Part shown: positions 31,023-40,852 of the stretch, piece after piece
Layout: every line of letters begins with the position of its first letter
Position numbering within the stretch: position 1 is the first letter of the stretch
Source of the DNA: Geothrix sp.
Lineage (GTDB): Bacteria > Acidobacteriota > Holophagae > Holophagales > Holophagaceae
NCBI GenBank assembly: GCA_035255365.1
Contig: DATEZS010000031.1
Span: forward strand, 12,940 to 76,939
Length of the DNA: 64,000 nt
Reading direction: 5' to 3'
Notes under the pieces: model-generated
Database searches by the model: none
What the model was told of the DNA's origin: nothing
Seen by the model: the letters and a program-made list of their open reading frames with translations, nothing else
Made by a program: the position numbers and the translations under genes

Positions 31023-32860
31023 TAACGGCCTCCTGAGGTTTCCAGTTCCTGCATGAGCCGATCCCGGGCCACGGACACTTCCGCCACCGCGGCCTCGGGC
31101 TTGAGCTTGATCACGTCCTTCGAGCGGCGATCGCGCAGTTCCACGATGCCGTCCTTCAAACCCTTGGCGCCGACCGTCATCCGCAGCGGGAAGCCGAGCA
31201 GATCCGCATCCTTGAACTTGGCGCCCGGGCTCAGGCCCTCCCGATCATCGTGAAGAACTTCGAACCCGGCGGCCTCAAGATCCTTCTCCACCTGGCAGGC
31301 CACGGCGGAGACTTCGGGATTGGCGGGATCCAGGCACACCACATGCACCTGGTAGGGGGCGATGGGCCAGGGCCAGATGATGCCGTCGGCGTCGAAATTC
31401 TGCTCCACGGCGGCCGCCACGGTGCGGGTGATGCCGATGCCGTAGCAACCCATGACCATGGGGTTTTCCTTGCCCTGTTCGTCGAGGAAGGTGCAGGACA
31501 TGGACTTGGAATACTTCAGCCCGAGCTTGAAGACCTGCCCTACCTCGATGCCCCGGAAAGCCTGGTAGTGGCCCTTCCCGCAGCGGGTGCAGGCATCGCC
31601 CTCGGCGGCCATGCGCAAATCCACGAAGGAGCAGCCAGGCAGGTCGCGCTTGGGATCCAGGCCGAAGTGGTGGTAGTCGGTGCGGTTCGCGCCGCAGGTG
31701 AGATTGACCGCGCCCTCCAGGCTGAGATCCACCAGCATGGCCACATCCTTGAGGCCCACAGGTCCCATGAACCCGGTCTTGGCGCCCGTAAAGGCTTCGG
31801 CCTCCTCCAGCGGCATGAGCTCCAGCTCCGCGGCACCCACGAAGTTCTTCACCTTCACTGGGTTGAGCTCGTGATCGCCGCGAATCACCGCGCCCACGAG
31901 TTTGGTGGCGCCATCCCCGAAGGTCGCCCGGTACAGGAAGAACTTGCTGGTCTGGGTGAGGGGCATCCCGTCGTGCTCGGCATCCTTCATGCCCGCGGCC
32001 TGCTCGACCTGGCCAACCACGCCCGGCGTGCAGAAGTGATCCCGCTTCAGCTCGAAGGCTTTTCCGTGGTCTCCGGCGGGCAGTTTCGGAGCCTCGGTCT
32101 TCTCGATGTTCGAGGTGTAATCACAGCCATCGCAGCTGAGGATGGCATCCTCGCCACTGCCCGCCAGCACGTGGAACTCGTGGGTGAAGCTGCCGCCGAT
32201 GGCGCCGCTGTCGGCTTCCACGGGGCGGAACTTCACGCCCAGGCGGGAGAAGATGCGCTTGTAGGCGTTGAACATGGCCCAGTACTCACGATCGGCGCAG
32301 GCATCGTCCGCATGGAAGGAGTAGCCATCCTTCATGGTGAACTCGCGGCCCCGCATGAGGCCGAAGCGGGGGCGCCGCTCGTCGCGGAACTTGGTCTGGA
32401 TCTGGAACAGGTTCATGGGCAGCTGCTTGTAGCTGCGCACGTTCTTGCGGACGATGTCGGTGATCACTTCCTCGTGGGTGGGGCCCAGGCAGAAATTGTA
32501 GAACTCGCGCTCGTCGGGCTTCTCGCCCCTGGCGCGGCGCTCCGTCACTTCGGCTTTGGCCTTGCGGTCGCAGAAGCGGAGCAGCTCGTCGCCGTAGAAC
32601 TTCCAGCGGCCGCTCTCCTGCCAGAGCTCCGCGGGCAATACCGAGGGCATGAGCAGTTCCTGGCAACCGTCCTTGGCCAGCTCCTCGCGGACGATCTCCT
32701 CGAACTTGCGGATGCTCCGGAAGGCCAGAGGGAGATAGCTGTAGATGCCGGCGGCCACCTTCTGGATCATGCCAGCGCGCATCATGAGCTGCTGGCTCAC
32801 CACATCGGCATCGCGCGGCGTCTCGCGCAGGGTCTGGATCAGGAGTTTGGACTGCTTCAT
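31022..32860 (-). CDS. proS: Proline--tRNA ligase (with editing domain)
   Basis: LWQESGRW, LGPTHEE, KFRDERRPRFGLMRGREF, GIEVGQVF.LG, MGCYGIG. Confidence 0.97.
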   Translation of the reverse strand: MKQSKLLIQTLRETPRDADVVSQQLMMRAGMIQKVAAGIYSYLPLAFRSIRKFEEIVREELAKDGCQELLMPSVLPAELWQESGRWKFYGDELLRFCDRKAKAEVTERRARGEKPDEREFYNFCLGPTHEEVITDIVRKNVRSYKQLPMNLFQIQTKFRDERRPRFGLMRGREFTMKDGYSFHADDACADREYWAMFNAYKRIFSRLGVKFRPVEADSGAIGGSFTHEFHVLAGSGEDAILSCDGCDYTSNIEKTEAPKLPAGDHGKAFELKRDHFCTPGVVGQVEQAAGMKDAEHDGMPLTQTSKFFLYRATFGDGATKLVGAVIRGDHELNPVKVKNFVGAAELELMPLEEAEAFTGAKTGFMGPVGLKDVAMLVDLSLEGAVNLTCGANRTDYHHFGLDPKRDLPGCSFVDLRMAAEGDACTRCGKGHYQAFRGIEVGQVFKLGLKYSKSMSCTFLDEQGKENPMVMGCYGIGITRTVAAAVEQNFDADGIIWPWPIAPYQVHVVCLDPANPEVSAVACQVEKDLEAAGFEVLHDDREGLSPGAKFKDADLLGFPLRMTVGAKGLKDGIVELRDRRSKDVIKLKPEAAVAEVSVARDRLMQELETSGGR

Positions 32861-32906
32861 GGGGGCCTCTAACCTTCGAGTTTAGCCCAGGAAGCCGCCC
32901 CAGACC

Positions 32907-33356
32907 TCATCCCAACAGCGATTGCACCAGGGCGCTGGCGGCCTTGCCGTCGAAGGCCCCGCCGTGGGTGGCTTGCATGGCCTTCATCACCAGGCCCATG
33001 TCCTTCCTGGTGGTGGCCCCGCTTTCGGCGATGGCCACCTTCACGGCCGCCTCCAAAGCTTCGCCTTCCAGCATGGCCGGCAGGTAGGGCTTCAGCAGCT
33101 CGATCTCCCGCCGCTCCTCCTGGGCCCTTTCCATCTGCCCCACCTTCTCGAACTGGGCCACGCTGTCCTCCCGGGACTTCACCAGGCGCTTGAGCACTCC
33201 CAGGGCATCCGCCTCCGTCAGGGTCCCCTGGGGGCCCAAGCCCTTGGCGATGGCCTCGTTCTTGTAGGCGGCCAGGGCCATGCGCAGCACCTGGGTGCGG
33301 GGGGCATCCCTGGCGAGCATGGCGGTTTTCAGGTCGGCCTGGATGCGATTCAGCAT
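32907..33356 (-). CDS. GatB/YqeY domain protein
   Basis: DLKTAM..RD....LR, KSREDS..QF...G, E.ELL.PYLP, DMG.VMK, DGK. Confidence 0.9.
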   Translation of the reverse strand: MLNRIQADLKTAMLARDAPRTQVLRMALAAYKNEAIAKGLGPQGTLTEADALGVLKRLVKSREDSVAQFEKVGQMERAQEERREIELLKPYLPAMLEGEALEAAVKVAIAESGATTRKDMGLVMKAMQATHGGAFDGKAASALVQSLLG

Positions 33357-33472
33357 GGATTCTCTCCGGTCAAGGACCATGGTGACGGGAAGCCCCGATC
33401 TCCACAAATGACAGAAGTCATGTCCGAAACCGCATCAACCGAAAAAGGGCCAGTTACTCTCCCAGAGGCCCC

Positions 33473-33934
33473 ATGAATGTCGCCTTCATCAATCCCTTCA
33501 TCGAGTCCACCCTGCGCAGCCTGGAAATGATGGCCAGCATGACGGCCGAGAAGATCGGGCTGTCCGTGAAGGAGGACCTGATCACCACCTATGACATCTC
33601 CGCCATCATCGGCATCACCGGGGAAACCGCCGGCAGCATCATTTTGAGCTTCCCCGCCGCCCTGGCCTGCCGCATTGCCGGAAACATGCTCATGGAGGAG
33701 ATCCCGGAGCTGAACCAGTCCGTGGAGGATGCCATTGGCGAGATCGGGAACATCGTGGTGGGCGATGCCCGCCGCCTCCTGATCCAGGAAGGGTTCAGCC
33801 TCTCCATCTCGGTCCCCACGGTGGTGGTGGGCAAGGGGCACAAGATCAGCCGCACGGGCGATGTGCCCTGCATCGCCATCCCCTTCCGGACCGATTTCGG
33901 CGAATTCGAAGTGAACGTCGGCCTGAAGGATTGA
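33473..33934 (+). CDS. cheX: Chemotaxis phosphatase CheX
   Basis: FINPFI, ISAIIGITG, DAIGEIGNIVVG, ISVPTVV.G. Confidence 0.9.
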   Translation: MNVAFINPFIESTLRSLEMMASMTAEKIGLSVKEDLITTYDISAIIGITGETAGSIILSFPAALACRIAGNMLMEEIPELNQSVEDAIGEIGNIVVGDARRLLIQEGFSLSISVPTVVVGKGHKISRTGDVPCIAIPFRTDFGEFEVNVGLKD

Positions 33935-33955
33935 TTCCGGTTTGTCCCCCAATGA

Positions 33956-33985
33956 CGAAAAGGGCGCCCGACGGCGCCCTTTTCG
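33956..33985. terminator. Bidirectional terminator between cheX and ferredoxin
   Basis: CGAAAAGGGCGCC-CGAC-GGCGCCCTTTTCG. Confidence 0.8.
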
Positions 33986-34003
33986 CTGAAACGCATGGCC
34001 CGA

Positions 34004-34258
34004 TCAGGCCTTTTCGAACTTGATGACTTCCACAGGGCAACCGGCGGCGCCGGCTTCGATGCTGGCTTCCAGATCCGTGCCGAAGCTGCCGGAGAGGGGG
34101 CTCATCTCCTCGCGATTCTCGGAATCAATGCCGTCCTCGCGCACGGAGCCGTTGATATTGCAGCTGGTGTCAGTGACATGGAAGACATCGGGGCACTCGG
34201 CCTCGCAGGCGTTGCATACGATGCAGCCTTCTTCGATCCAGACTTTGGTGATGGCCAT
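34004..34258 (-). CDS. Single-cluster [4Fe-4S]/[3Fe-4S] ferredoxin
   Basis: CIVCNACEAECPDVF...GCPVEVI. ATG at 34258 after AGGAGAGG. Confidence 0.9.
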   Translation of the reverse strand: MAITKVWIEEGCIVCNACEAECPDVFHVTDTSCNINGSVREDGIDSENREEMSPLSGSFGTDLEASIEAGAAGCPVEVIKFEKA

Positions 34259-34391
34259 GGTCCTCTCCTTTGGTTCCAGTGGGAGCCCGCAGCGGGCGAA
34301 CCCATCCAAACTATCATCCGGCCCTGCGCGCTCCAAGCCTTCGCTGTTGGGAAGGGGCGTGGGAGACTGGAAATGTGACGGAGGTCCGCCT

Positions 34392-35309
34392 TTGCCCCTG
34401 CGGGAATTTGACATCTTGGCCCGAATCCGCGCCCTGCTGCCCGGGGGAGAGGCGCTCCTGGACGATTGCGGCGCCCTGCCTCCCCTGGAGCCGGGCAAGC
34501 GCTGGCTCGTGACCACGGATCTCATGGAATCCGGCCAGCACTTTCGTCTGGACTGGCATCCCCCGGACCTTTTGGCCCGCAAGCTCCTGGCTGTGAATCT
34601 TTCGGACCTGGATGCCTCCGGCGCCGCGCCTTTCGGCTACACGCTGACCCTGGCCCTGGGGCCAGAGATTGCAGAGACTTGGCTTGAGCTTTTCCTCCAG
34701 GGTCTTGCGGCTGCCTCGCAGGAAGCCAAGGTCCTGGTTCTTGGTGGCGATACGGTGGGCCGACCCGCAGGACTGGGGCTGGGGCTCACCGCCTTCGGCC
34801 AGACGGACCGGTGGCTCCGGCGGGACGGCCTCCAGGCGGGGGACACCCTCTTCCTGGACCGGATGCCGGGAGCGAGCCTGCGCGGACTGAGGAAGCTCCA
34901 GGCGGGCCAGCGCTGGGATCCGGATCACCCGGACCAGGATCTGGCCGCCCACCTGGCCCCCGCCCCCAACCTGGGGCTGGGCCTGAGGTTGGCAGACATA
35001 CCGGAGGTGCATGCCTGCCTCGACCTGTCCGACGGCTTGAGCCGGGATCTGCGCAACCTGGCGCAGGCATCCTCCCTGAGCCTGGTCCTGGAAACCGGCC
35101 TGGATCAGGACGCCCTGGTTGGCGGTGAGGACTATGCCCGCTGTTTCGGCAGTTCCCTGAGCCGGGCGGAACTGGAAGCCCGACTGGATCTCCCCCTGGT
35201 GCCCGTGGCCAAGGCGATCCCCTCCGGGGCAGCCCCGGTGCTGACCTATGATGGGAATTCACTGTGCCCGGTTCCCGACCTCAGCTTCGACCATTTCGGA
35301 TTTTCATGA
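34392..35309 (+). CDS. thiL: Thiamine-monophosphate kinase
   Basis: EFDIL, DDCG, TTD..ESGQHF, VNLSDL.A.GA, GGDT, DLSDGL, GGEDY. TTG start after GGAGG. Confidence 0.88.
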   Translation: MPLREFDILARIRALLPGGEALLDDCGALPPLEPGKRWLVTTDLMESGQHFRLDWHPPDLLARKLLAVNLSDLDASGAAPFGYTLTLALGPEIAETWLELFLQGLAAASQEAKVLVLGGDTVGRPAGLGLGLTAFGQTDRWLRRDGLQAGDTLFLDRMPGASLRGLRKLQAGQRWDPDHPDQDLAAHLAPAPNLGLGLRLADIPEVHACLDLSDGLSRDLRNLAQASSLSLVLETGLDQDALVGGEDYARCFGSSLSRAELEARLDLPLVPVAKAIPSGAAPVLTYDGNSLCPVPDLSFDHFGFS

Positions 35310-35818
35310 CCCATCACAACAAGCACCATCTCTGGGCCAGGACCAAGCGCTTCCTGGCCGATCCCACCCTGGAACCCCACCACCTGGCCTGGAGTTTCGC
35401 CCTCGGGCTGGCCATTGCCTGGAATCCCCTGCTGGGCACCCACACTGGCCTGGTGCTGGGGGCCTGCGCGCTGATCAGAAGGCTCCACCGTCCCCTGGCC
35501 TTCCTGGGCGCCTTCGTCAACAACCCCTGGACCATGGTGCCCATGGCCACCTTTTCCACCCTGCTGGGCAATGTGCTGATGGGACGGGGTCTGCACCTGG
35601 ACCTGAGCGCCGTGCACTGGAAGAGCCTCGGCTGGCACAGTTTCACCACCCATGTCGGTTGGGAAGCGGCCTCGGCCATGCTGAAGCCCATTCTCTGGCC
35701 CTACCTGCTGGGTGGTTTCGTTTTGAGCGCCATCTCGGTTCCCGTAGGCTATTTCCTGATGCTGAGGCTGGCCCATCGGCTGCGCCGTCACCTACCCCAA
35801 CCCGTTTCCGGAGACTGA
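35306..35818 (+). CDS. DUF2062 membrane protein
   Basis: P..LAWSFALG...P.LG.HT, NNPWT, LLGG. ATGA overlap with thiL. Confidence 0.8.
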   Translation: MTHHNKHHLWARTKRFLADPTLEPHHLAWSFALGLAIAWNPLLGTHTGLVLGACALIRRLHRPLAFLGAFVNNPWTMVPMATFSTLLGNVLMGRGLHLDLSAVHWKSLGWHSFTTHVGWEAASAMLKPILWPYLLGGFVLSAISVPVGYFLMLRLAHRLRRHLPQPVSGD

Positions 35819-35821
35819 CCC

Positions 35822-36124
35822 ATGGACATGCGATTCCTCATGAAGCAGGCGCAACAGATGCAAGCCAAGCTGGCGGAAGCCCAGGCCAACCTGCGCATGG
35901 AAGGCACTGCCGGCGGTGAGCTGGTGAAGATCACCCTGAATGGCTCCAAGGAACTCATGGGCATTTCCATCGCCAAGGACGCCATGGATCCGGAGGACCC
36001 TTCCATGCTTGAGGATCTGCTGATGGCCGCCTTCCGTGATGCCACCACCAAGGTGGACGAGGCCATGAAGAAGCAGATGGGCGGTCTGGGCGGCGGGCTC
36101 AACCTGCCGGGCCTGGGACTCTAG
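35822..36124 (+). CDS. ybaB: YbaB/EbfC nucleoid-associated protein
   Basis: MKQAQQMQ, AGGELVK..LNG, LEDL..AA; directly upstream of recR. Confidence 0.93.
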   Translation: MDMRFLMKQAQQMQAKLAEAQANLRMEGTAGGELVKITLNGSKELMGISIAKDAMDPEDPSMLEDLLMAAFRDATTKVDEAMKKQMGGLGGGLNLPGLGL

Positions 36125-36180
36125 ATGGCTGTGGCCTTGGGGCCGCGTGATGCGGGATCGCTCCCGGCCCGGGGCCTGCC

Positions 36181-36777
36181 ATGAAGCTGCCGCCGCCCCT
36201 TGAAGCCGTGGTGGACAGCCTCCAGAAACTGCCGGGGGTGGGTGCCAAGTCCGCCCAGCGCATGGCCTTGCACCTCCTGAAGGAGGGCCCGGAAGCCATG
36301 ACCCATCTGGCCCACCAGCTGCAGCAGGCCGCCGACAAGGTGGGCTTCTGCCAGGTCTGCGGAGCGTTCACCGATCAGCCCATCTGCCCCATCTGCCTGG
36401 ACCCCAGGCGGGATCCCTCCAGCCTCGTCATCGTGGCGGAAGCCTCCAATGTGCTGAGCTTCGAACGCAGCGGCCACTACCGAGGCCGGTACCATGTGCT
36501 CGGCGGCCTCATCTCCCCCCTGCGCGGAGTCGGCCCTGACCAGCTGCGCATCCGGGAGCTGCTCAAGCGCCTGGAGGACCACAGCATCCAGGAAATCGTC
36601 CTGGCCACGAACCCCACGGTGGATGGCGAAGCCACCGCCAGCTGGCTGGCCCGCATCCTCGAGCCCATCGGCATCCGCACCACCCGCATCGGCCTGGGGC
36701 TGCCCATCGGCAGCGACCTCGAATACGCCGATGAACTCACCCTTGATCGCGCCATGGAAGGCCGCCGCAAGGTCTAG
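36181..36777 (+). CDS. recR: Recombination protein RecR
   Basis: LPGVGAKSAQR, C4 zinc finger, YHVLGG.ISPL, ATNPTVDGEAT, LEYADE.TL. Confidence 0.97.
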   Translation: MKLPPPLEAVVDSLQKLPGVGAKSAQRMALHLLKEGPEAMTHLAHQLQQAADKVGFCQVCGAFTDQPICPICLDPRRDPSSLVIVAEASNVLSFERSGHYRGRYHVLGGLISPLRGVGPDQLRIRELLKRLEDHSIQEIVLATNPTVDGEATASWLARILEPIGIRTTRIGLGLPIGSDLEYADELTLDRAMEGRRKV

Positions 36778-36780
36778 GTT

Positions 36781-38955
36781 TCAGAAACGCAGGGCGTAAG
36801 CGGCCTTGGCGAACAGGCCTTTTTCCAGGAGGCGCTCGGCGGGAGGAGCCAGATCCAGGTCGGTGCCGCGGGTCTGGGAGTAGCCCAGGTAGATCTGGGT
36901 GAAAGCGTTGGGCTGCCAGCCGGTCAGAATCTGGACAAACCTGGACTTGGTGGTTTCCTCGCCTGAGGTCTCATAGCGGGTGGCCTGAGCCTGGATTCTG
37001 GCGTACAGGTCAAAGGGGAAGGCGTATTCCAGCTTGGCGAACAGTCGTCGCGCCCGCCGCAGGAGGGCCTGGGAATCCGCATCCCGCAGCTGGTTGAGAC
37101 CTCCTTGCACCGAGTAGGAGAAGGCGGCGAGGTTGCCATTGAGGTTCACGTTGCGGGCGGCGTTCCGGGCTGGCAATCCGGTGTTGTAGTCGGGAGTGCG
37201 CCCATGGCTGAAGGAGAGCGAGGGGCGGAACCAGGGGAATTTATTGAAGCTCGTGCTGGCATAGAAGAAATGCGTATCCACCTGCTGGCCCAGGGCCCAC
37301 TCCCGCTGATGAGGGCTGAAGGACAGGAAGAAGCTCAAGCGGTTCCGGGTGGAGAGGTTCGCGTAGGCGGACACTCCCTGCGACATCGGGTCTCCGTTCC
37401 ACCAGTCCGTCCGGCCAAAATTGAGGCCCCCACCAAGATAGGACCACCATGCCTTGGCGCTGCGCAAGTTGGCCCCCACGCCTCCCCACTGGGTCTTGTA
37501 ACCCGGGAGATCCACGAATCCATTGGCCAGCACCAGATCCGGGCTCGTGGCGCTGCCCCCGGCACTGGCCCACCAGTTGCGATCCGCCCAGTCCAATCCC
37601 CATTTCGTCGCGCTGCCGTGGGAGTGGAGAGGCTGGAGGTCCCCCTCCGGCAGCGTCGTGGAACTTTCGATGCGGCTGAGGCCCACCTTGAAGTGCTCCC
37701 CGAGCCGTTGGTCCAAATACAGACCGCCGCTGCGGCCAAAATAGGTGGCATCGCCTCCCAGCACCAGGGAGTCCGTGCCCATGAGCGTGACGCTGGAGCC
37801 TTTGGCATCGGTATCCACATGGGCGGCGGCGGCCAGGCTCCGCGTCTTCAAGCCATCCGGAAGGACCGCACCATCGGAGGCCAGGGAGGCGCCCCCAGCC
37901 TTGTCCTGGGCCTGCACAGCGCCCCAGCTGCCCCAGGAAGTGCGGCCTGTGACTTTCACGCCGTATTCGGGATCCAGGATGGAGCGGCTCGCGAACTGCT
38001 GCTGGGCCCCGCTCACATTGAAGATTTCCAGACCTTCCTGGAAGAACGGACGCTTCTCGGGAAATTGATATTTGAAGCGGCTGTTGATGATGAGGGGATC
38101 GATATCGGCCTCCACCGCCGAAAAATCCGGTCGATAGGTGCCATCCACCGTGAGGGACTGCCCTGAGTAACGCACATCCAGCCCCGGTCGGAAGGCCTGC
38201 TCGGGCCGGCCCAAGGAGCCTTCCGCCACGGATTCGGTGCGGTGGGCCGTCAAGGTCGGGATCACCAGGAAGGGCGCGCCTCCGTTCGTATCCGGGGCAC
38301 CCGATACTTTCGCCAGCTGGCACAGATCGCAGGAATTGTTCTGGTCCTGCTGGGGCCAGGCTACCGTATAGCCCCGCCCGTTCGGGTGATAGCGGCTGAT
38401 CCGAAGGCCCCAGGCGCCAGGAACCCGGCGCAGGCTGGTGAAGGGGATACGGAATTTCACGAGGTAGCCGTAATCCGTGCGAACTCCCGCGGAGTCCCAC
38501 AGCAGGTCGTAGGAACCGCTCCAGCTGTTGGGCGTGACCAGGGAATCCGATTGCACACCCAAGGCGTTGCAGGTCAGGCTCACGGCGGCCTGGCCCTTGC
38601 CCGCGGCATCCAGATCCACAGTCACCGTGTCCTGACTGCCGGTGAGGTTGTCCCGGCGCCCAGGAAAGGCACGGACGCCGCCTGGCGCGGGGTCGTGGGC
38701 TTCTACGGCCACATAGAGGCCATCGGGTCCCCAGGCCAGGTAGGCCACGGTTTCCACCACGGGTTTACCCTTGTCCTCGGGGTACCAGCACCCGAACTCG
38801 GTGATGCGAAGGGCGCCTCCCCAATCCGAAAGGTCCGCCGAACGGACGATGGCCGGGGCCTTGGGCAACCGGGGCAAGACGAGCGGCATCGGAGGGGTCT
38901 GGGCCTGCAGCAACAATCCGGCCGCCCACATCCAGAGCCATCGACGCACGAGCAC
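36781..38955 (-). CDS. Outer-membrane protein, carbohydrate-binding family 9 + DUF5916-like barrel
   Basis: Signal peptide; LYVA...D, W....RT..GY...RIPF.SL; PDFS.VEAD...FPEKRPFFQEG; C-terminal YALRF. Confidence 0.75.
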   Translation of the reverse strand: MLVRRWLWMWAAGLLLQAQTPPMPLVLPRLPKAPAIVRSADLSDWGGALRITEFGCWYPEDKGKPVVETVAYLAWGPDGLYVAVEAHDPAPGGVRAFPGRRDNLTGSQDTVTVDLDAAGKGQAAVSLTCNALGVQSDSLVTPNSWSGSYDLLWDSAGVRTDYGYLVKFRIPFTSLRRVPGAWGLRISRYHPNGRGYTVAWPQQDQNNSCDLCQLAKVSGAPDTNGGAPFLVIPTLTAHRTESVAEGSLGRPEQAFRPGLDVRYSGQSLTVDGTYRPDFSAVEADIDPLIINSRFKYQFPEKRPFFQEGLEIFNVSGAQQQFASRSILDPEYGVKVTGRTSWGSWGAVQAQDKAGGASLASDGAVLPDGLKTRSLAAAAHVDTDAKGSSVTLMGTDSLVLGGDATYFGRSGGLYLDQRLGEHFKVGLSRIESSTTLPEGDLQPLHSHGSATKWGLDWADRNWWASAGGSATSPDLVLANGFVDLPGYKTQWGGVGANLRSAKAWWSYLGGGLNFGRTDWWNGDPMSQGVSAYANLSTRNRLSFFLSFSPHQREWALGQQVDTHFFYASTSFNKFPWFRPSLSFSHGRTPDYNTGLPARNAARNVNLNGNLAAFSYSVQGGLNQLRDADSQALLRRARRLFAKLEYAFPFDLYARIQAQATRYETSGEETTKSRFVQILTGWQPNAFTQIYLGYSQTRGTDLDLAPPAERLLEKGLFAKAAYALRF

Positions 38956-39044
38956 CTTCCTTTCAGAGAACGAGTGACCGTTCCATGGTGCAGGAAGGCT
39001 AAGGGAAATTCAAGACCTGCAGGTCCAGATAGACCCGATTCTTC

Positions 39045-39326
39045 TCAGTACTTGCAGGAGACATCGCCCCTGGCCCAGGCCTGGCAGGCCAGGCGCTGGT
39101 CCGGCTGGGCTTTGAGGATGCCCAGAACCCGGGTCTCGATGGCACCCTTCTCGCTCAGGTGTTCGGCGCCATCCGTGATGGTGACGAGGCATGTCCCGCA
39201 CCGGGCGTGGCCGCCGCAACGATGGGGCAGCGGCACCGCCGCCTTGGTGCTGGCGGCCAGCAGGGCGATCTCCTGGTCGCATTCCGCGGAACCGGGGGTC
39301 TTGCCGTCGAATCGGATGGTGTGCAT
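39045..39326 (-). CDS. [2Fe-2S] ferredoxin
   Basis: CGGHARCGTC...RLACQ. Confidence 0.9.
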   Translation of the reverse strand: MHTIRFDGKTPGSAECDQEIALLAASTKAAVPLPHRCGGHARCGTCLVTITDGAEHLSEKGAIETRVLGILKAQPDQRLACQAWARGDVSCKY

Positions 39327-39384
39327 GGATTACCCGTAAGTCAAAAAAGCAGAAGGGATAGAAGCACTCGTCCCTTCAACTGTA

Positions 39385-40794
39385 TCAGCGGACCTCCCCG
39401 GCCAGATGTGCTTTCGCAGTGGCCAGGAACCGTTCCCGGGCCAGTGCATGGTCCACCACCGGCTCCGGATAGTCGAGGCGGGCTCGAACCGCCTTCGGGG
39501 CCTTCCAGGGTTGGTGCAGGAAGGCCGTCGGACAATCTGCCAGTTCCGGCAGCCAGCGCTGCACGTAGGCACCATCCGGATCGAACTTCAGGCCCTGGGT
39601 CACCGGGTTGAAGATGCGGAACCAGGGCTGGGCATCGCAGCCGCAGCCCGCACTCCACTGCCACCCGGCATTGTTCTGGGCCCAGTCGCCATCCACGAGC
39701 CAGTGCAGGTAGTGGGCCTCGCCAAGGCGGTAGTCCTGAAGCAGATGCTTCGTGAGAAAACTGGCGGCCACCATGCGGGCCCGGTTGTGGACGAAACCCT
39801 CCGCCAGCAGCTGCCGGGCGGCGGCATCCACCACCGGGTAGCCCGTGCGCCCTTGGGTCCAGGCCTGCCAGGCCACCTCGTCCCGAAGCCAGGGAAAGGC
39901 CTTGAAACCGGCCCGGAACGGCTGCTCCAGCAGCTCCGGCCAATCCCAGAGCAGGTTGTGGCTGAACTCCCGCCAGAGCAGCTCGTTGATAAAGCGGCGG
40001 ATCGATTCGTCCTGGCCCTTGGCAGCCGCCGTCCGCCAGACGGTCCGGACCGCCAGGGTGCCGAACTTCAAGTCCGCGCTGAGCCGGGACGTGCCCGGCC
40101 GGTCCATGCGATCCCGGTCCGTGCCGTAGTGGGCGATGGGGCCTTCCAGAAAGGTTCGCAGGCGATCCTGGGCGGCTCGTTCCCCGCCCGGCAGAACCCG
40201 CGGATTCCGCAGGAGGCCCAGATCCTCCAGGGTAGGAATGGGCACCACTTCAGCCGGGATGCCGATGGGCAAGGGCGGCAATGAACTCAGGGCAGGAAGC
40301 GGGGGTTCCAGATCCAGCTTGGTGCCGCAGGCCCGGGCAAAGGGCGTGAACACCCGGAACGGCTGTCCTTGGCCGTTCCGCACGGAGCCTGGCGGAAGCA
40401 GCGTCTCTCCTTCGAACAACCGGAAGCCTTTGTCCTCCCGGCCCAGGGCCTCCGTTATGCGGCGATCCCGTTCGCGGCCGAAGGGTTCCACCCAGCGATG
40501 GGCCAGCACCTGATCCGCTTTCCAGAGTGCCGCCAGCCGGGGCACCACCTCCACACTGCGCCCGGCCACCACCAGCAGGCGCGACCCCAGTCGGGCGAGA
40601 TTGGCTTCCAGCTCCCGCAGGGATTCCAGCAGGAACTGCATGCGGTGCGGCAGTTCCCTGGCCCGGTCCGGCGCGAAGAAATAAGGGTCCAGCACGAAAA
40701 GCGGGATCACCTCGCCGGCTGCCACGGCCTCCTGCAGCGGCCCATGATCCGTCACCCGCAAGTCCTTGCCCCGGAACCACACGATGCTGCGCAT
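39385..40794 (-). CDS. phrB: Deoxyribodipyrimidine photolyase (class I CPD photolyase/cryptochrome family)
   Basis: WFR.KDLRV.DH, TSRLS..LKFG, ELLWREF, GRTGYPVVDA, HNRARM, N.AGWQW.AG, RIFNP. Confidence 0.92.
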   Translation of the reverse strand: MRSIVWFRGKDLRVTDHGPLQEAVAAGEVIPLFVLDPYFFAPDRARELPHRMQFLLESLRELEANLARLGSRLLVVAGRSVEVVPRLAALWKADQVLAHRWVEPFGRERDRRITEALGREDKGFRLFEGETLLPPGSVRNGQGQPFRVFTPFARACGTKLDLEPPLPALSSLPPLPIGIPAEVVPIPTLEDLGLLRNPRVLPGGERAAQDRLRTFLEGPIAHYGTDRDRMDRPGTSRLSADLKFGTLAVRTVWRTAAAKGQDESIRRFINELLWREFSHNLLWDWPELLEQPFRAGFKAFPWLRDEVAWQAWTQGRTGYPVVDAAARQLLAEGFVHNRARMVAASFLTKHLLQDYRLGEAHYLHWLVDGDWAQNNAGWQWSAGCGCDAQPWFRIFNPVTQGLKFDPDGAYVQRWLPELADCPTAFLHQPWKAPKAVRARLDYPEPVVDHALARERFLATAKAHLAGEVR

Positions 40795-40852
40795 GCCTAG
40801 AGACTAGCGGGATGCGTGACCATTAGGGCTGGGAAATCCAGCAACGGGAAGG

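Noticed and set aside
34259-34391. TPP riboswitch upstream of thiL
   Set aside because: No CTGAGA core or other TPP aptamer elements are visible.
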